Shown here: in pieces, positions 1-13,479 of the stretch
Layout of the letters: the number at the start of each line of letters is the position of its first letter
How positions within the stretch are numbered: position 1 is the first letter of the stretch
DNA from: Vicugna vicugna
Lineage: Eukaryota
DNA length: 64,000 bases
Reading direction: 5' to 3'
Assembly (NCBI GenBank): GCA_013265495.1
Contig: MU058718.1
Coordinates: 3,954,678-4,018,677 of the forward strand
Translations under genes and position numbers: made by a program
Notes under the pieces: model-generated
Seen by the model: the letters and a program-made list of their open reading frames with translations, nothing else
The model's database searches: none
Told to the model about the DNA's origin: nothing

Positions 1-700
1 GGGGTCGCTTAGCGCAGGCGTCTTCCCGGCGGACTCTGCCAGAGCTGCGTTTTTCACGACTTGCAGGAGTTTGCAGTCGTGCAGGCCTCCTCTCCCGGCA
101 GAGGAACGTGCAGAGACCCTCGCCCACTGTCGGAACAGCTCCTCTCGGGCCCCGAGGGCCGCCGGCCCGGGCCCTTCCCCGCAGCAAGGACGGCGGTCTG
201 TCCCGGAGGGAGGCCGGGACGCGGCGGCCCCGCCCAGGCCGGCCTGGGGCGGGGGCCGGTTCCCATAGGGATCGCGGGCCGGCTGGCGGCGACCGAGCGG
301 GACGAGAGCCGGCGAGGCGCGAGCGAGGTCAGGCCCGGCAGCCGCGGCGCCGGGAGTCCCGGGCGGGGAGAGAGGCGCGGGCCGGGCCGCCACGTGGCGC
401 TGCTCGAGGCTGCGCGGCGCGGGCCCGGGCGCGGGTGGGAAGCCGCGGCGGCGCTGCCGGGTCTCCCTGTGGCGGCGGCGGCGGGGCGGGAGAGGGGGCC
501 CCGCGGGGGCGGCGGCGGGAGGGCGCGGCCCTGCTCCCCGCCGAGCTCCGGGTCCGCTCGTGAGGCGCCGGGCGTCCGGGCGCGGGGCACCTGGCAGGCC
601 GGGCTCTCCCCTCCCGCCCCGGGCTCGCCGCCGCCCCCGCGGGGAGCCGGGTGGTGTGTTCTTGCCGAAGGGAAACGAGACCCGATATTAGAACCGGGGA
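1..700 (+). promoter_or_regulatory. CDKL1: CpG island / promoter region of CDKL1 (non-coding first exon likely lies here; boundaries unresolved)
   Basis: Very GC- and CpG-rich stretch with GC boxes and a CACGTG at 391-396, ~400 bp upstream of the first coding exon. Confidence 0.8.
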
Positions 701-1051
701 AGCCCTTAACCTTCCCGGTCCTCCAGCCAGCTCATGTGTCTTAGATCGGATGAGCTGAACATTAAAAAGACAGATTGTCTTACAACTCGGTTCGTTTTAG
801 GATGCCAGGTTACATTTTAACTTGCACGGTGTATAACAGACGATTAAACTTGGGTTACCGAAGGCAGCTAACTCTAAAATCTAGGCTGTCATCCCTGATT
901 GCGTGGCCGCTGCCGAGGGGCGAGGCTTTAAGGGAATGGGTCTGTTCGTAATTCTTTACAAGTGCCATTGTTCTGTTCTAGGTCCTAGGTCCTTGACAAA
1001 GACCCATAGTTGAGCGGGGCTCTGGTGCAGTCTGGTCCTGCCAGGATCTAA

Positions 1052-1297
<246 letters not shown>

Positions 1298-4286
1298 TGA
1301 AAAAATGAAACTGAGTCGTGTTATGTTAAATAAATGCCTTGAGATGTGGTTACATCTCTTTCCTTCATGGACTTTTGTCCTCAGTGACACAAATGGGATG
1401 TCTGTGCACAAGTCACCAATTATATAATGAGTTAGAAAGCAGAGCCCCAAGTGCAGGGAAATGTATTCACTTTCAGAGATGCTGTGAGGTATTTTGTTTT
1501 TCTTCCCAGTGGCTGCTTTTCCATGTCACCTGTAGATCTGGTTCTTCAGGAGCCATCAACTTTGCTAGTACAGTAACTTCCCACAACTCAAGCCTGCTAG
1601 CATTCATGACTTTTAAGCTTCTAGGCTATCTTCTAATAACACTCCCAGTCTGCGAAGAGAATTAATCATTCATCTGTTTTCAGACTGTTGGGAAGCTGAC
1701 AGGTTTTCTTCTCACATTTAGCTACTGCTGAGCATCACAATGTCTTGTCGCTTGACTGATTTTTCTTAAAGAAGTGAAATGATCGTTTTAAAAATGTTCT
1801 CTAGTTAATTCTAGGAGGCCATATCAGAGGTAGGGGGAAAGTTGTTTATTAGAAGCTGAAAGTATATTTTTCCTGTCATGGAAATGAAGAAGGAAAGTAT
1901 TTTTCCTTCTTTTCTTAATTTCTGTAAGTATGAAACCCAAATCCTACCCCACGTAGAATGCGACATGTAATGAACACAGTGGGGGTTAACTTTCACAGTT
2001 CAAGTTGGTTTGAAACAGTGAGGGCCCTGGGTTCTGACATGTATAACTGCCTATGCAAGGAAAGAGCAACCTCGTGGGAGAGGAGTGGAACATCCAGGGG
2101 ATTTTTCTCTCATCTTTGCTTCTCTGTTTTCTCCAGGCCTCTCCAAAAGTCTCCTTTCCCCCATGAATCTAGTGCATGCGGTTATTGCGATAAGGACCCT
2201 GAGTGGGATGTAGGGGGCTTTGGATAAATTCTAATGAGTGGGTAATAGGAAAACGTTCTGTTTTTGGGTTTAGGACATTTTTTTCCCACCAGGATGTTGT
2301 CAGTTCTGGGAAGGCCCCTTCCAAAGCCCCAGAGAAGTGCTCCCCGACGAAGGAGCGAGACCAGCAGTGTTTGCCATCCCACTGCCTGGGTGTCCCGCCC
2401 TTCCCCCTCCACGCAGGGACAGGGTCTCACCCTTTCTCTGGGGCTTGTGGGCGTTTTTCACTTTCTCAGGCCTTCCGTAGAGAAGGTGAGAATTGTATTT
2501 TGAAGGGTCCGTTTACTCCAAAGAAAAGACAGTCTGTTTCTAGTGGAGAGAGACTCTTTTTCCTATTCTGAAGGTCACCTGTGAGTGCCTCTCTGAAACC
2601 TCTCACTATTCTTTAGCAATACTGTGTTTACAAGGTTAGTCCCTGAATTAATTCACTTCCTTCAGGATGGGGACCTTGCTTCTGTATCAACCGCTTGGCA
2701 TATAATACGCCTCCAATAAATGTTATTGTTGGATTGAAAAAAAGATGTTAACAAAATAAGCTCTTAGGAAGGGTAGGTGTTGCCACTAAGTTAGGAAGTC
2801 AGATGTGGTCTCTTGAATAGCTGAACATTGATGTCCCCTGAAGGATAGAGTTGTGTGCACAGGAGCCTGGTTTCAAAGCTCACAGCAAACCATCCCCCAA
2901 AATCAAGTGCACAGCTGTAGACTCCCCTGATCCATATGAGGTGATGGGGCTAGATTATGGGTTGAGCCTGTCCCTTCAAAGCCCTGACTTTTCGAATTCT
3001 GCGATATTTCTGACACAAAATGGATGCTTAAATATTTGCTGAATAAATGAATTGAGGATTTGTTCAATGAAATCATGTTTTCTCCATTTTTCTATTCAGT
3101 AAATATTTGGGGGGGCCCCCTTGTGCCTAAAACAATGTTTATACAAAGTTGTACATCCTGTCTTTCAGACGTTTAACTGGTGGAAGATGAATTTCCCTAC
3201 AGCTCTCACTCCCAGCAGACTGGTTCCCAAAGGGCACGGCCTGTGTCATTCACCTTGTGGCCCCATGCTAGGCACAAACCCTCTAGATAAAGTGTTTAGA
3301 GGCATGCTTGAACTAGACTTTGAAATGTTTGGGGAGACACGGAACGAGAGAGAAGGCATTCAGAGCAGACAGTCTCTCCTAAGAAGAGGTACGTAAGTGG
3401 AAAGCAATATATTGAGAGAACACAGGTTATAAACCCAAAGTCGTAGCCAGGATGCCTGCTGGGTGCTGACAGGAAGGGAGAAGAGAGAAGAAAAAGAAGC
3501 CAGCATCCAGAGGAGGGGATGTGAGGAATTTTCTGGAATACAGGTGTGGCCCTGGGATAAATGATGGTTAGCACATAGCGGCATCTTGGTCCCAAGTGGC
3601 CTTTGGTGTTTAGAGCTTGCCCCTAGGGGACATGTTGTCCCTGAGAACAGGAAACTGGTGAGGTCTAGGCTGGTGTTTTAGGGTCCCATCTGAGCTGCAT
3701 CCAAGCAGAGCTCCAGAGCCCGTGGAAGGGGAATACTAAACTGGGAGCCAGGCGCGGTTCTGTGGGCCCAGGTTCAAAGGCTCAGGGGCTCAGTGAGCGT
3801 GAGTTGCTAGGGTTTCCTTCCCCACCCCTCGCGGAGCGTGGGCTGTTAATGACCCCTGCTAAGGTCAGGATCTAGGCAGACTGAGGCGGAAGGTACCTCA
3901 GTGACCTTAGCAGGTGAGAACAGGCAGGGGCTGACCCCCAGACCACTCCTATTATGATAAGAAAAGCAAGAAAGGTAGATTAGGACCAGATGTAGAAGAC
4001 TTCCACTGCCAGGCCTAGGAGTCTGGCTTTCTCCTGAAAAGAGGGAAGCCAGCCAAAATGTTTTTATTAGAAAGTTGTCACTTGCAGGTTTTTGAATTTC
4101 CTGGACCAATAAAACTAAAAAAAAATTTTTTTTTTACAGATTGGGTGGTTAGCATTTTAAAAAACCAGTTTGTCACCATCACTTCATAAAAGAAGGATGT
4201 TTCAATATTTTTTTAAAAACTAGGAAAGACATAATTTTAGGAGAAAAGCACAGTCTTCCTGAGAGTAGCTGACAACTAAAAACATC

Positions 4287-4324
4287 TGTGTGTGTGTGTG
4301 TGTGTGTATATATATGTGTGTATA
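4287..4324. repeat. (TG)n/(TA)n microsatellite
   Basis: tgtgtgtgtgtgtgtgtgtgtatatatatgtgtgtata. Confidence 0.85.
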
Positions 4325-5419
4325 CATTCTCTGGGGGGGGGTGTGTGATATCAGTGCCCTTATTTTTCTCATTTCACTATCCCTTGATGAAAATGGAGAT
4401 ACTTGTTTTCTGCAGTCTCATTCTCATGAAAGTTAATACTATGTCTGGAAACAGCAGGACTCCCCAGATCAGATGATGTCCCAGTTATAGGATCTATATC
4501 TGATATAATGAAATACTAATACTACAAAAGAACTGAATGATCCCTTGGATTTTATATTATAATAGAATTTGGCCTGTACCTATCCTCAGAGAATTCCTTA
4601 TGTGTATGTTTGTTTTGTTCTTTGCTTTTTGTTTTAAATTGAAAGATAGTTGATTTATAATGTTGTGTTAGTTTAAAACCATTTATTTAACAATTTAAAG
4701 CAACTGCTAATAGTTGCTATTGGACTGTTAAAAATTATAGTTGTTTCTGTTAAGCAGATAAGGTCATGGGAGTGAATTGTCCAGTAGTCAACTGCATAAT
4801 TGTCAAGGCAGCCCATCTACAGTGTTTACCACTCTTGATGTGAAAGAATACGTGAAGATGTGACTGTCCATCAGTAAATGCTTTTGAAGATGATTATTAT
4901 TACCAAAAAGCCTATTTTACTAAAATTTTCAGAAAATATTTTTTTCTGAAAATTTAAAATACTTTTCAAACAGCATTATTTCTTGCCATTTTGGGGGGAA
5001 AGAGAAGTGTGACACATTTTTATGAGACCAGTTCAGTATTTGTACTAATAAACTGTTTCCTAAGTTAAATATAATTCACTCTTCACCAAGAGGTCCTGCT
5101 GCAGTCAACCCTTTAATGTTTTAATTTTGAATCTTATTTTTTCCAGTTTACAGAATTAGACTTTTAGAAAAATAAACAGTTACCCCAGTTAAAATTAGTC
5201 AGTTCATACTCGACTCTAAGAACAAATTAACTACCATTCTAGTGACAGTAATAAAATTATACTGCAGTACCAGAGCTCGAAGCACCCATCCTGCTCTTCC
5301 TCAAACTCACTTTCCATTGTGGCAAAGAACAAGAAGGAATTTCAGTCGGTGTTTTTGATGAGACACCTGTGTGTGAGATAGTTGACATGTGTTCTTCATT
5401 TGGCAAGTTTTTACAGAAC

Positions 5420-6850
5420 TCCTGCCGTGTACCAGGCACTGTTCTTGGCTCCTGTCCTCACAAACAAGTAGACTAACAGTAAACAAATGATTATACATCA
5501 AGTGGTGAAATATGAAGCGGGGTAAAAGGGTAAAAGGTGATGGAGGGGCTTGGTTTTTTATATAGTGTCGTTAGGAAAAGCCCTTCTGATGAATGAGTTT
5601 TGGAGACCAGAGGAAACACGGAAGGGTGACTCCTGCAGCTACTCAGGGGGAAAGCATTCTGGGTAGAGGGAATAGTAAGACAGAGGCCTCAAGGCAAGAT
5701 TACACGATGTGTTCTAGGGGTGTTCTGGTGTTTTTCTAGGAGGAGCAAAGAGATGAGCGCGTCTGGAGCAGAGTAAGCGAGGCTGAGAGTCATAGGAGAT
5801 GAATTCAGAGAGACGAGGATGTCAAACCTGAGGGCTTTGTGGGCCATGGTAGGGGCTGTGGGTTTTACTTTGAATGAGATGGGAGCCATCAGATGGTTCT
5901 GAGCAGAGGGACTCCCGGGCATGACTTACATTCTAAGAGGACTCCTCTGGCTGCTGGTTGCTCCAGCTCCACGGACAGGAAGATCCTTTAGAAGGCTGTT
6001 GGTGTGATCCATGTGTGATGTGATGGGGTGTGGGTCAGAGTGGTGGTGGTGGAGGTGGTCAGATTCAAGATTTACTCTGAGAGAAGAGCACATAGGAATC
6101 TGATATTTGGATGAGGAAGCAAGAACGACCCCAAAGTTCTCGACTTGAATAGCTGGAAGAACGAAGAGATGATTGACTGTGACAGGGAGACCCAGGTGCA
6201 GATCCGGGGGAAAGGAAGTCAAGAATTTTGCTTTGGATATGTTATATTTGAGGTGCAAATCCAAGGGGACTGTCATGTGGACAATGGGATGCACAAATCA
6301 GGCATTCAAGGAGAAGTCCAGGTTGGAGATGTGAAGTGGGGAGATACCAGCATATGGCATGTAAAGCCATGAGGTTTAGATATCCCCAGCTTGCTATCAC
6401 TGTGGGGGAGAGACCTCAGCACCTGGAGGTCGGGAAGCTGTGGGACCAGTGAAGGAGGCCAGAGGAGGTGACCTCGAGGCACACAAATCCCAAGAGCAAT
6501 GTTCTTAAAAGCTGAGTCAAGGAAAGGTTTTAAGAATGAGGGGGATAGCCAGTGGTGTCAAAGGTTACCCCTAGTACAGACTTACTGTTGGCTTTGAAAA
6601 CATGAGAATCATTTGAGATCCTGACAAGAGCTGTTTGGGTTGAGTGGTAGGAATGAAAGCTTCATCAGAGGGTGCAGGAGAGGGTGAGAAGAGCAAAATG
6701 CAGACAGTGACAGAGGCAACTCTTTTGAGGCATTTCATTATAAAAGGGAGCTAAGAAATGGGGCAGTATGTGCCTAGAAGGATGTGGTGTTGAGAGTTTT
6801 TGAAGTTGTTGTTTTTAATATGGGAGAAATAGGTGTATTCACATGCTAGT
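5420..6850 (-). mobile_element. Old L2 LINE fragment
   Basis: Recognisable antisense L2 3' text (ccaggcactgttct..., gggaatag...aaggc, ttttgctttggatatgttatatttgagg); boundaries approximate. Confidence 0.65.
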
Positions 6851-9359
6851 GGAGGGAGAGGGTTCCTGGTGCTGGAACTTTGAGTGACTAACGTGGACCA
6901 TGACCAAAAATAGCTATTATAGCATAATTAAAGGCCAGTTCATGGACCAGCTAGGAGATGAGACTACCTTTTCTTCTATTTGGAATGTTGCTAGGTTCTT
7001 TCCACTGTCCTTAATCTTCTTGGAGCAGGACCCCACAGTTGTCTTAAAGCTATTGGCGTAGAACTTCTTACACCAGGGTGTATCGCATCTGATTTGCATA
7101 TGACCCATGAACCCTTCAGGAAAGAATTCAACCGCTTTCCATAACTAGGGTTCAAGCATATAAAGATATTCTGGATAGGAGGTGGGATGGTGACATGACA
7201 GAAGCCAGGTTACGGAGAGAGACAAAGTCCCTGAAAGGAAATCCCCTTAAATCAAGAAGTCTGGCGTCACAGACCCGTGTTGGGGAGTGGGTGCTGTTTC
7301 TGCAAAAAGCAGGTGGCTGTACTTGAACCCAGCCCAGCCCCTCTGGGGAATATCTGTGTGTCCAGCAAGAAAAGAACTGTGTGGCTCAAAACAAACATGA
7401 GCCAACCAACCCGGAATAATTGTATTACTAAGGTCTCAAGCCTCTGTGCTCCTGGACCTTGTCTCTTTGGGATGCAAGTGGTAGAATTACTGGAAGAGGA
7501 ACCAAGGAATTCCAGCCAGCAGCTATGAGGTGCCTGGGCAGACGATGGGCAGTGTGGCAGGTGGTACAGGGGCCTTAGAGAGTAGACCAGACCAACATCG
7601 ATCAAGGCTGTGACTATCTCCCTCCAGAAGATGAGAAAAGCAAGAGCAACAACAAGGGGAAGGAATCCTGTTGCCGTTTGGTAACCCTGTGGTCTTGGGT
7701 GCAGTGCCAAGGATCGTTACTAGGCTGCAAAACTACACTCATAACAACCTTAGAAGGTAGGTATTGTTACCGGGTTTACAAACAGATTTACAATGGTTAA
7801 TGATTTGCTGTGGCCTCCTGGTTAGTAAGCTGGGATGCAGACACAGTTCTGCCTGTCCCCACATACATGCCCTGCTGCTCCCACACGTCAGAACCATCAT
7901 GTTACATCAAACGCTGTACTCTTAAGTCCCCCAGTGACTGCTCCTCGGGGTGTATCCTGCCCTTGCCTCTGGCAGGGCCTGAGACTCGTGGCTTTCATGG
8001 AAGCCTGGGATTCTTGCTGGAATAGCAGTTCTTTCCAGTTCTTATTCCATAACCCTGAAGATTATTTTAGTAGGCAGAAAGTTATGGTTTGCTATCAACA
8101 AAGTTGAGCATGGGGGAAAATGTCCATTTAAAACTTTACTGTAAACATTACAATAAAGTTCATGCATTCTTAATGAGAACAGTGTCACCCCACAAGAGGA
8201 TAAGTATTGGTTCTTGGCAGTTGGGGGGGGTCCTAACTTTTTCATTGTATAAAGCACAGATACGCATACAGTACATACAGAGATGCACTGTATATTTGTG
8301 GAATTAACATTTCATTGGGAGATGACTAGGAAAAGTTGTGTAGAAAGACTCCTTTGGGTGACAAATACAAAAAAAAAGGTCTATGGGGTATGGGAAAGTG
8401 AGGATGTTGAGTGTGTCCTGTGTCAGAAACACGCTGTACTTGACTGTAATTAATCATGAATAGCAACCTACCAAGTGTTCAGAGTGTTCCCTGTTTTGCT
8501 CAGTAACTCCCAGTAAGGCGGTGGGCTGTGTGACTGCACAGGGACAGGCGCCACAGTTGGGAACTGCAGTTTCTGCTCGGTGTCAAAGCTGTGGGGTGAC
8601 TTTGCAAGCTCCAGTGCCTCTTGGAACCCCGCCCACCTGGTCACTGTGATTTATGTCTCTGTTTGGCCTTGCTGCGCTGACTTATTACCGAGGAGAGCAG
8701 AGTGTTCTTGGGACAGATATCTAACAGAGGTCAAGCAGCCTTCAGGCTGCAAGGGCAGGAAAGTTGAGGGGCAAAGAGAGCAGTGGCAAAGGAGAGAGAA
8801 AGGCACAGGTGGGGACACAGAAGGGTGGGGCTAAAACATGAATGCTGGTACCAAGGGGAGGTGTGGTAGATGAAGACTTCACAGGGTCTCCCCTGTTTTG
8901 AAATATCAGATCAGAAACACTGCTGGGCAAATTACCATCCTGGTGACGGTGACATGCTGTGGGAAGGACTGTCAAGGTTCCTTGTTTTTCAAAGCACTGA
9001 GTGCTGAATCCCATGTGTTCTTGTGCCAGGCCCCATTCCACGGAATGCTAAACACCATGTCAGTGCTCCCTCGCACGAGGATCTAATCAGAGTGGTCATA
9101 CTTTCTAGAGGCTTCTGCTCCCGCAATATTGGTTGAAGGAATAATGCCCCAATATTCATTGAATAGTACTTCCCAACTGAGTAAAAGTCTAAATGGGAAA
9201 TCCTGTGACATCTTTAAGAATCTAGTCCTGCTGTTGCTAATCGGTGCCGTTTTAGGTCCCTTCTCTTCATATTGCTTAGTTGGCTTATTGAAATGGATTA
9301 GTAACATACTTCTGTTAATTGTTTTAACCATGCTCAGCATTCTCTGTTATGGTATATAG

Positions 9360-11005
9360 GAGATTACAAACTTAGATGTCTGTGGGGTATCGCACGGGTG
9401 ACATGAACAAGTGATGCAGGCTGAATGCAAGACAAGATGGAGCAGTGGGGACTAGGGCAGACTGGAGACTGTCTCAGTGGCCACTGCTCAGCTCACAGGC
9501 TGCAAGCCCAGGGAGCTAGACTTCTCAGAGTCTTTTTTTAAAAGCCAGAAATCAGAATTTTATATCAATCTCCTGGGTTTTCCTCCCACAACTCTTGTTT
9601 TGAAAAAATTTGAAAATATAGATAAGAGGAAAGAATAATATAATGACTACCCACATTTTTTTTTTGATGGAGGTACTGGGAATTGAACCCAAGATCTCAT
9701 GCATGCTAAGCATGCGCTCTACCACTGAGCTATACCCACCCCCCACTTGCATATCTTTAACTAGATTCATTAATCGTTAGAATTGTTTCCTTTCTTGTCT
9801 CTCTGTCTCTGTCACACACACACATATACTTTTTTGGCTGACGCACATACGTTTTTCCTAAGCATGCAGCGTGATTATCCTAGAACAAAGAAATTTTTCT
9901 GTGTAACCACAGAATGATTTCCACATTCAAGAAATTTATCATTGACTCAATACTTATATCTAATATACAGTCTGTGCTCAAATTTCTAACATTGTCCCAA
10001 TAATACATATATAATGTATTTATTATATATATGTATTTTTTGGCCAGGATCTCATCAGTGAGTATATACTCCATTTAATTGCCATGTCTCTTTAGTCTCC
10101 TTTAACTTAAAATGTTTCTCTAACTTTTTAATTCTTTGTTTGGTCTTTCATGGTACAGGCATTTTTGAAGCGCCCAGGTCAGTTGTTTTGTAGAATGTGC
10201 CCCAGCATGAGTCCGACTGTTTCCACGTGCTTTGATGTAGGGTAAATGTTGTTAGGAAGCACACACATGGGTGAGGCTGTGTCCCTCACACTGCTTCTCA
10301 TCAGGAAGTGCATCATGTCAGTTTATCCCATAATCGGTGCTCTCAGCTTAAATCTCTTGATTAAGACGGGTCTGTCATGTTTCTCAATTGTAAGGAAACA
10401 TTTTCCCCTTTATAATTAATAAGTAGTTTGTGGGGTGATTCTTTGAATCTGTGTGACTACCTTGTCCCCTAACAGCGGTCACTCAGTGATCCTTGCCTAA
10501 ATCAATTATAATGAGTTATTGTAAAAATGATGACTTTTCGCCAATTCTTTCTACATTCGTTAGTTACAGTTTTTCTGTAAAAAAGGAGCTTTTTTCACCC
10601 ACCCATCCCCTGCCCCCTATACACACACTTTTTAGTATCACTGTGAATTCTGGATTTTAGAAAATTCAGCATGTTACAAACCATCACGGCCATTCTTTTT
10701 GAATCTCAGATTGTCACGCATTTGGCCGCTTGGGGCTCCTGGGACTCAGCTCTTTGTCTGACGGATGCCTGTCATTCCTGGTGTACTTCTTGTCTGTGGG
10801 GTGTGACAGAATGTTCCAGGGGCATCCTGCCCCAGCTCTAGAATCAGCCATTTCTCCAAGGAGGCCCGATTCCTTTTAGTGAGAATGGAATGTGACTTTA
10901 AAATGTTGACATGTAATTTAAAAAAAAGATGAAACACCATTCAGGCCAAACAAAACACATCTGCAGACATGTTTGGCCTTCAGGCTCAGTTTGGGGCCTT
11001 TGGAT
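9360..11005. mobile_element. hAT-Charlie (MER102-like) element split by an antisense L1M fragment and a SINE
   Basis: 5' part at ~9360-9580 and 3' part at ~10895-11005 (ggccaaacaaaacacatctgcag); antisense old-L1 text lies between them. Confidence 0.55.
9656..9744 (-). mobile_element. tRNA-derived SINE (camelid vic-1-like), short form
   Basis: Reverse complement reads GGGTATAGCTCAGTGGTAGAGCGCATGCTTAGCATGCATGAGATCTTGGGTTCAATTCCCAGTACCTCC + A tail, with A- and B-box motifs. Confidence 0.85.
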
Positions 11006-12961
11006 TTTACACCTTTCATCACATGCGGATGTTCTCACTAGAGGCTGGCAGATCCGACCCCTCCAAGTTCATGGCTAATGTATGTAGATGTTGGGAGTTT
11101 ATGGAAACTGGTTGTCAGTGGCATGGAGGACAAAGCCGAGCATTCCCTTGTCCACAGTGATGGAAACCAAACAAACCTCCTTATCATCCTCTCTCCGTAT
11201 TTGTTCAACAAGTGGAGACCTGTTTGATTTTATTTTTGCAAGATAACACACTAACTGCAAATAGTAACAGACTGTTTTATTTTCTCATTAGATTTTTTTG
11301 ACTTAACTCACAGTGTGTTTATCTAGAAAGATTGTGTTCCTGCCAGGTGGTGAGCACCTAAGTGATAAAGCTGCCACGCACGTACTTCAGGAACAAAAGA
11401 AGCAGAAATCAACAAGCTGGCTCGTTACCTCTGTAAAGATACCGAGTTTGCAGGGAGATTAAGCGCATATTAACCATCCGGCGGTGCCCTAAACTCTTCC
11501 ACACAGCCTACCACACACCTCGCTCTATAAAGTAAAGCATCATAGAGCAGGAGGAGGCTGAATAAGGGATTTTCTAGTGGACACTGACAAGAAATATAAT
11601 TATACCATTGCTTTTTTGCCACTTATTTTTATTTCCAGCAAAAAAAAAAATAGTAGACAACTATGTTATATATGGTTGTTATCAAACAGTCAAACCACAC
11701 TGGAAAATAGTACTTTTTGTGTGGAATGGAAAATGTTTTTAATGGGCTAGGCTTATGCCTTTCGCTTTAGATCATTTTAATGTTTTTAATTCACCTTTTT
11801 ACTTGGCAGGATTGATGTTTTAGGCCACAGATTTGCTTTCAACAAGGCATGTTTTCTTGCTAACTATTAATCTTCTTTATTACTTATTAACTTTAAAAGC
11901 ACTGTAGTAAAACTGCTTTGGGGTAAAATTGTCCAGTTGAAAATCTTTGAACCCCATTTCTCTTTTTGTTAGAATAATGAAAGGTGAGTTTCTAAACCAA
12001 CTGACACTATCAACTGTACATAAAAACCAAACAGATAACTTGTCTATAACTATCAGTATATTACTGCATGAGTTTTTGGCCGTGTCATGGTTAATTGTCA
12101 TTTTGCTTATGTTTGTACTACCACTTCCTTCCTAGTACTTTTCAAAACCTTTATTAGTCAGTAAAGCAGATTGAGCACCTGCTGTTCACATCTTTAGCCT
12201 GTGCTGGGCCTTGAGAGGAATGCAGGCGACATCTGAGCCCAGGTCTCTGGCCAGAGGACCAGCCTGGTGAGTTCTGTTCCGTCCCTGTTGTCTGCAGCAA
12301 ACCTCAAATAGGTAAACCTCAGGCCCCCTCTCCACCTCTCCACCTATGATTCCGGCTTTTTCAATACTCCTCTCCTTCATACGTCACCTCCTTTCTTTCT
12401 CTAGCCTTCCCCACAACGAAGCCATTAGCTAGGGTGTCTGCCACGGGACTCTTGGCATTTGGAGGAAACGCGGGAACAAGGCAGCTTTCCTTTACCAAAA
12501 GAGAGTGTTAATGATTCCTAGCAAACACCATGAGGGGTGTGGAATATTTTCCTCTAGACTGGAAATGGTAATAAAAATTAAATGGCTTTTTTAAATCATG
12601 AAAATGGCTTTTCCACCCCACAAAGTTGATATATTAACTGGCTTTCTGAAACTAACTTCAAAATATTTGTCTTGGCTTTACAGTATAGTGAAGAGACTTA
12701 AAATCATTTAAAACCATTTGCATGATACAGTGATATATGCTTATGTAAGAAAACAAAACGGAAGGCACAGAGAATGTGAAATGGAAAGAAACCTGCCTTG
12801 CCCCCCACTCTCCATTCACCCCCCAAACAACCTCAGTCTCTCGTGTGTCAGTCCAGAGGGTTCCTGTGCTTATATAAGGACACGTATTTCCTTTTAAAAA
12901 ACAGATAAAAAAGCTGTCATGTTATGTGTACTATTCTGTAATTTCCTTTTTACTCTTAAGA

Positions 12962-13465
12962 CAGTGGACCCTTGAACATCATGGGTTTGAACTGTGCATC
13001 CCATGTGTAAGTTTGAATCCACTTATACATGGCTTTTTTTCAATAAATATATTGGAAAAATTTTTGCAACAATTGATAAACTTGCAGATGACCTACGTAA
13101 CCTAGAAATATTAAAAAAATTAAGAAAAAGTTAAGTATGTCATGAATGCATAAAATATATGTAGCTATTAGTCTGTCCATACATAGGCATAAGGTGAGTG
13201 ATATTTAATATAAAATTAATAATGTATTAATTTTCTTACTGTCTTATAACTTTGCTTTCAAAGAATTACATTACCGTACAGTATCTCTCTCTCTCCCATA
13301 ATTGGAGAAACTGCATATCAGCCTATCATCACAAGTAAATGTTTTTTTTAATGTAACAATGTTTCCAATACTGTATTATGAATATGACTGTAATACTATA
13401 TGCCATAAACATTTTATACTGATTCATTGATTAGAATGTATGCTAGGCTACCTTGAAGCAATTCT
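12962..13465 (+). mobile_element. Tigger2-like Tc1/mariner DNA transposon fragment
   Basis: Begins CAGTGGACCCTTGAACATCATGGGTTTGAACTG, matching the recalled Tigger2 TIR, and continues with ...caataaatatattggaaaa...gtcatgaatgcataaaatatatgtag. Confidence 0.75.
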
Positions 13466-13479
13466 ATGGATTATGCGAG

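Noticed and set aside
4..476. RFX X-box-like half sites in the CDKL1 promoter (gtcgcttagcgc, gtctccctgtggcggc)
   Set aside because: Attractive for a cilia-linked kinase, but the matches to GTTGCCATGGCAAC are too degenerate to call.
54..744. Long ORFs (151-227 aa) on both strands of the CDKL1 CpG island
   Set aside because: Low-complexity Pro/Gly/Arg/Ala translations are expected from stop-poor GC-rich DNA; no recognisable domain.
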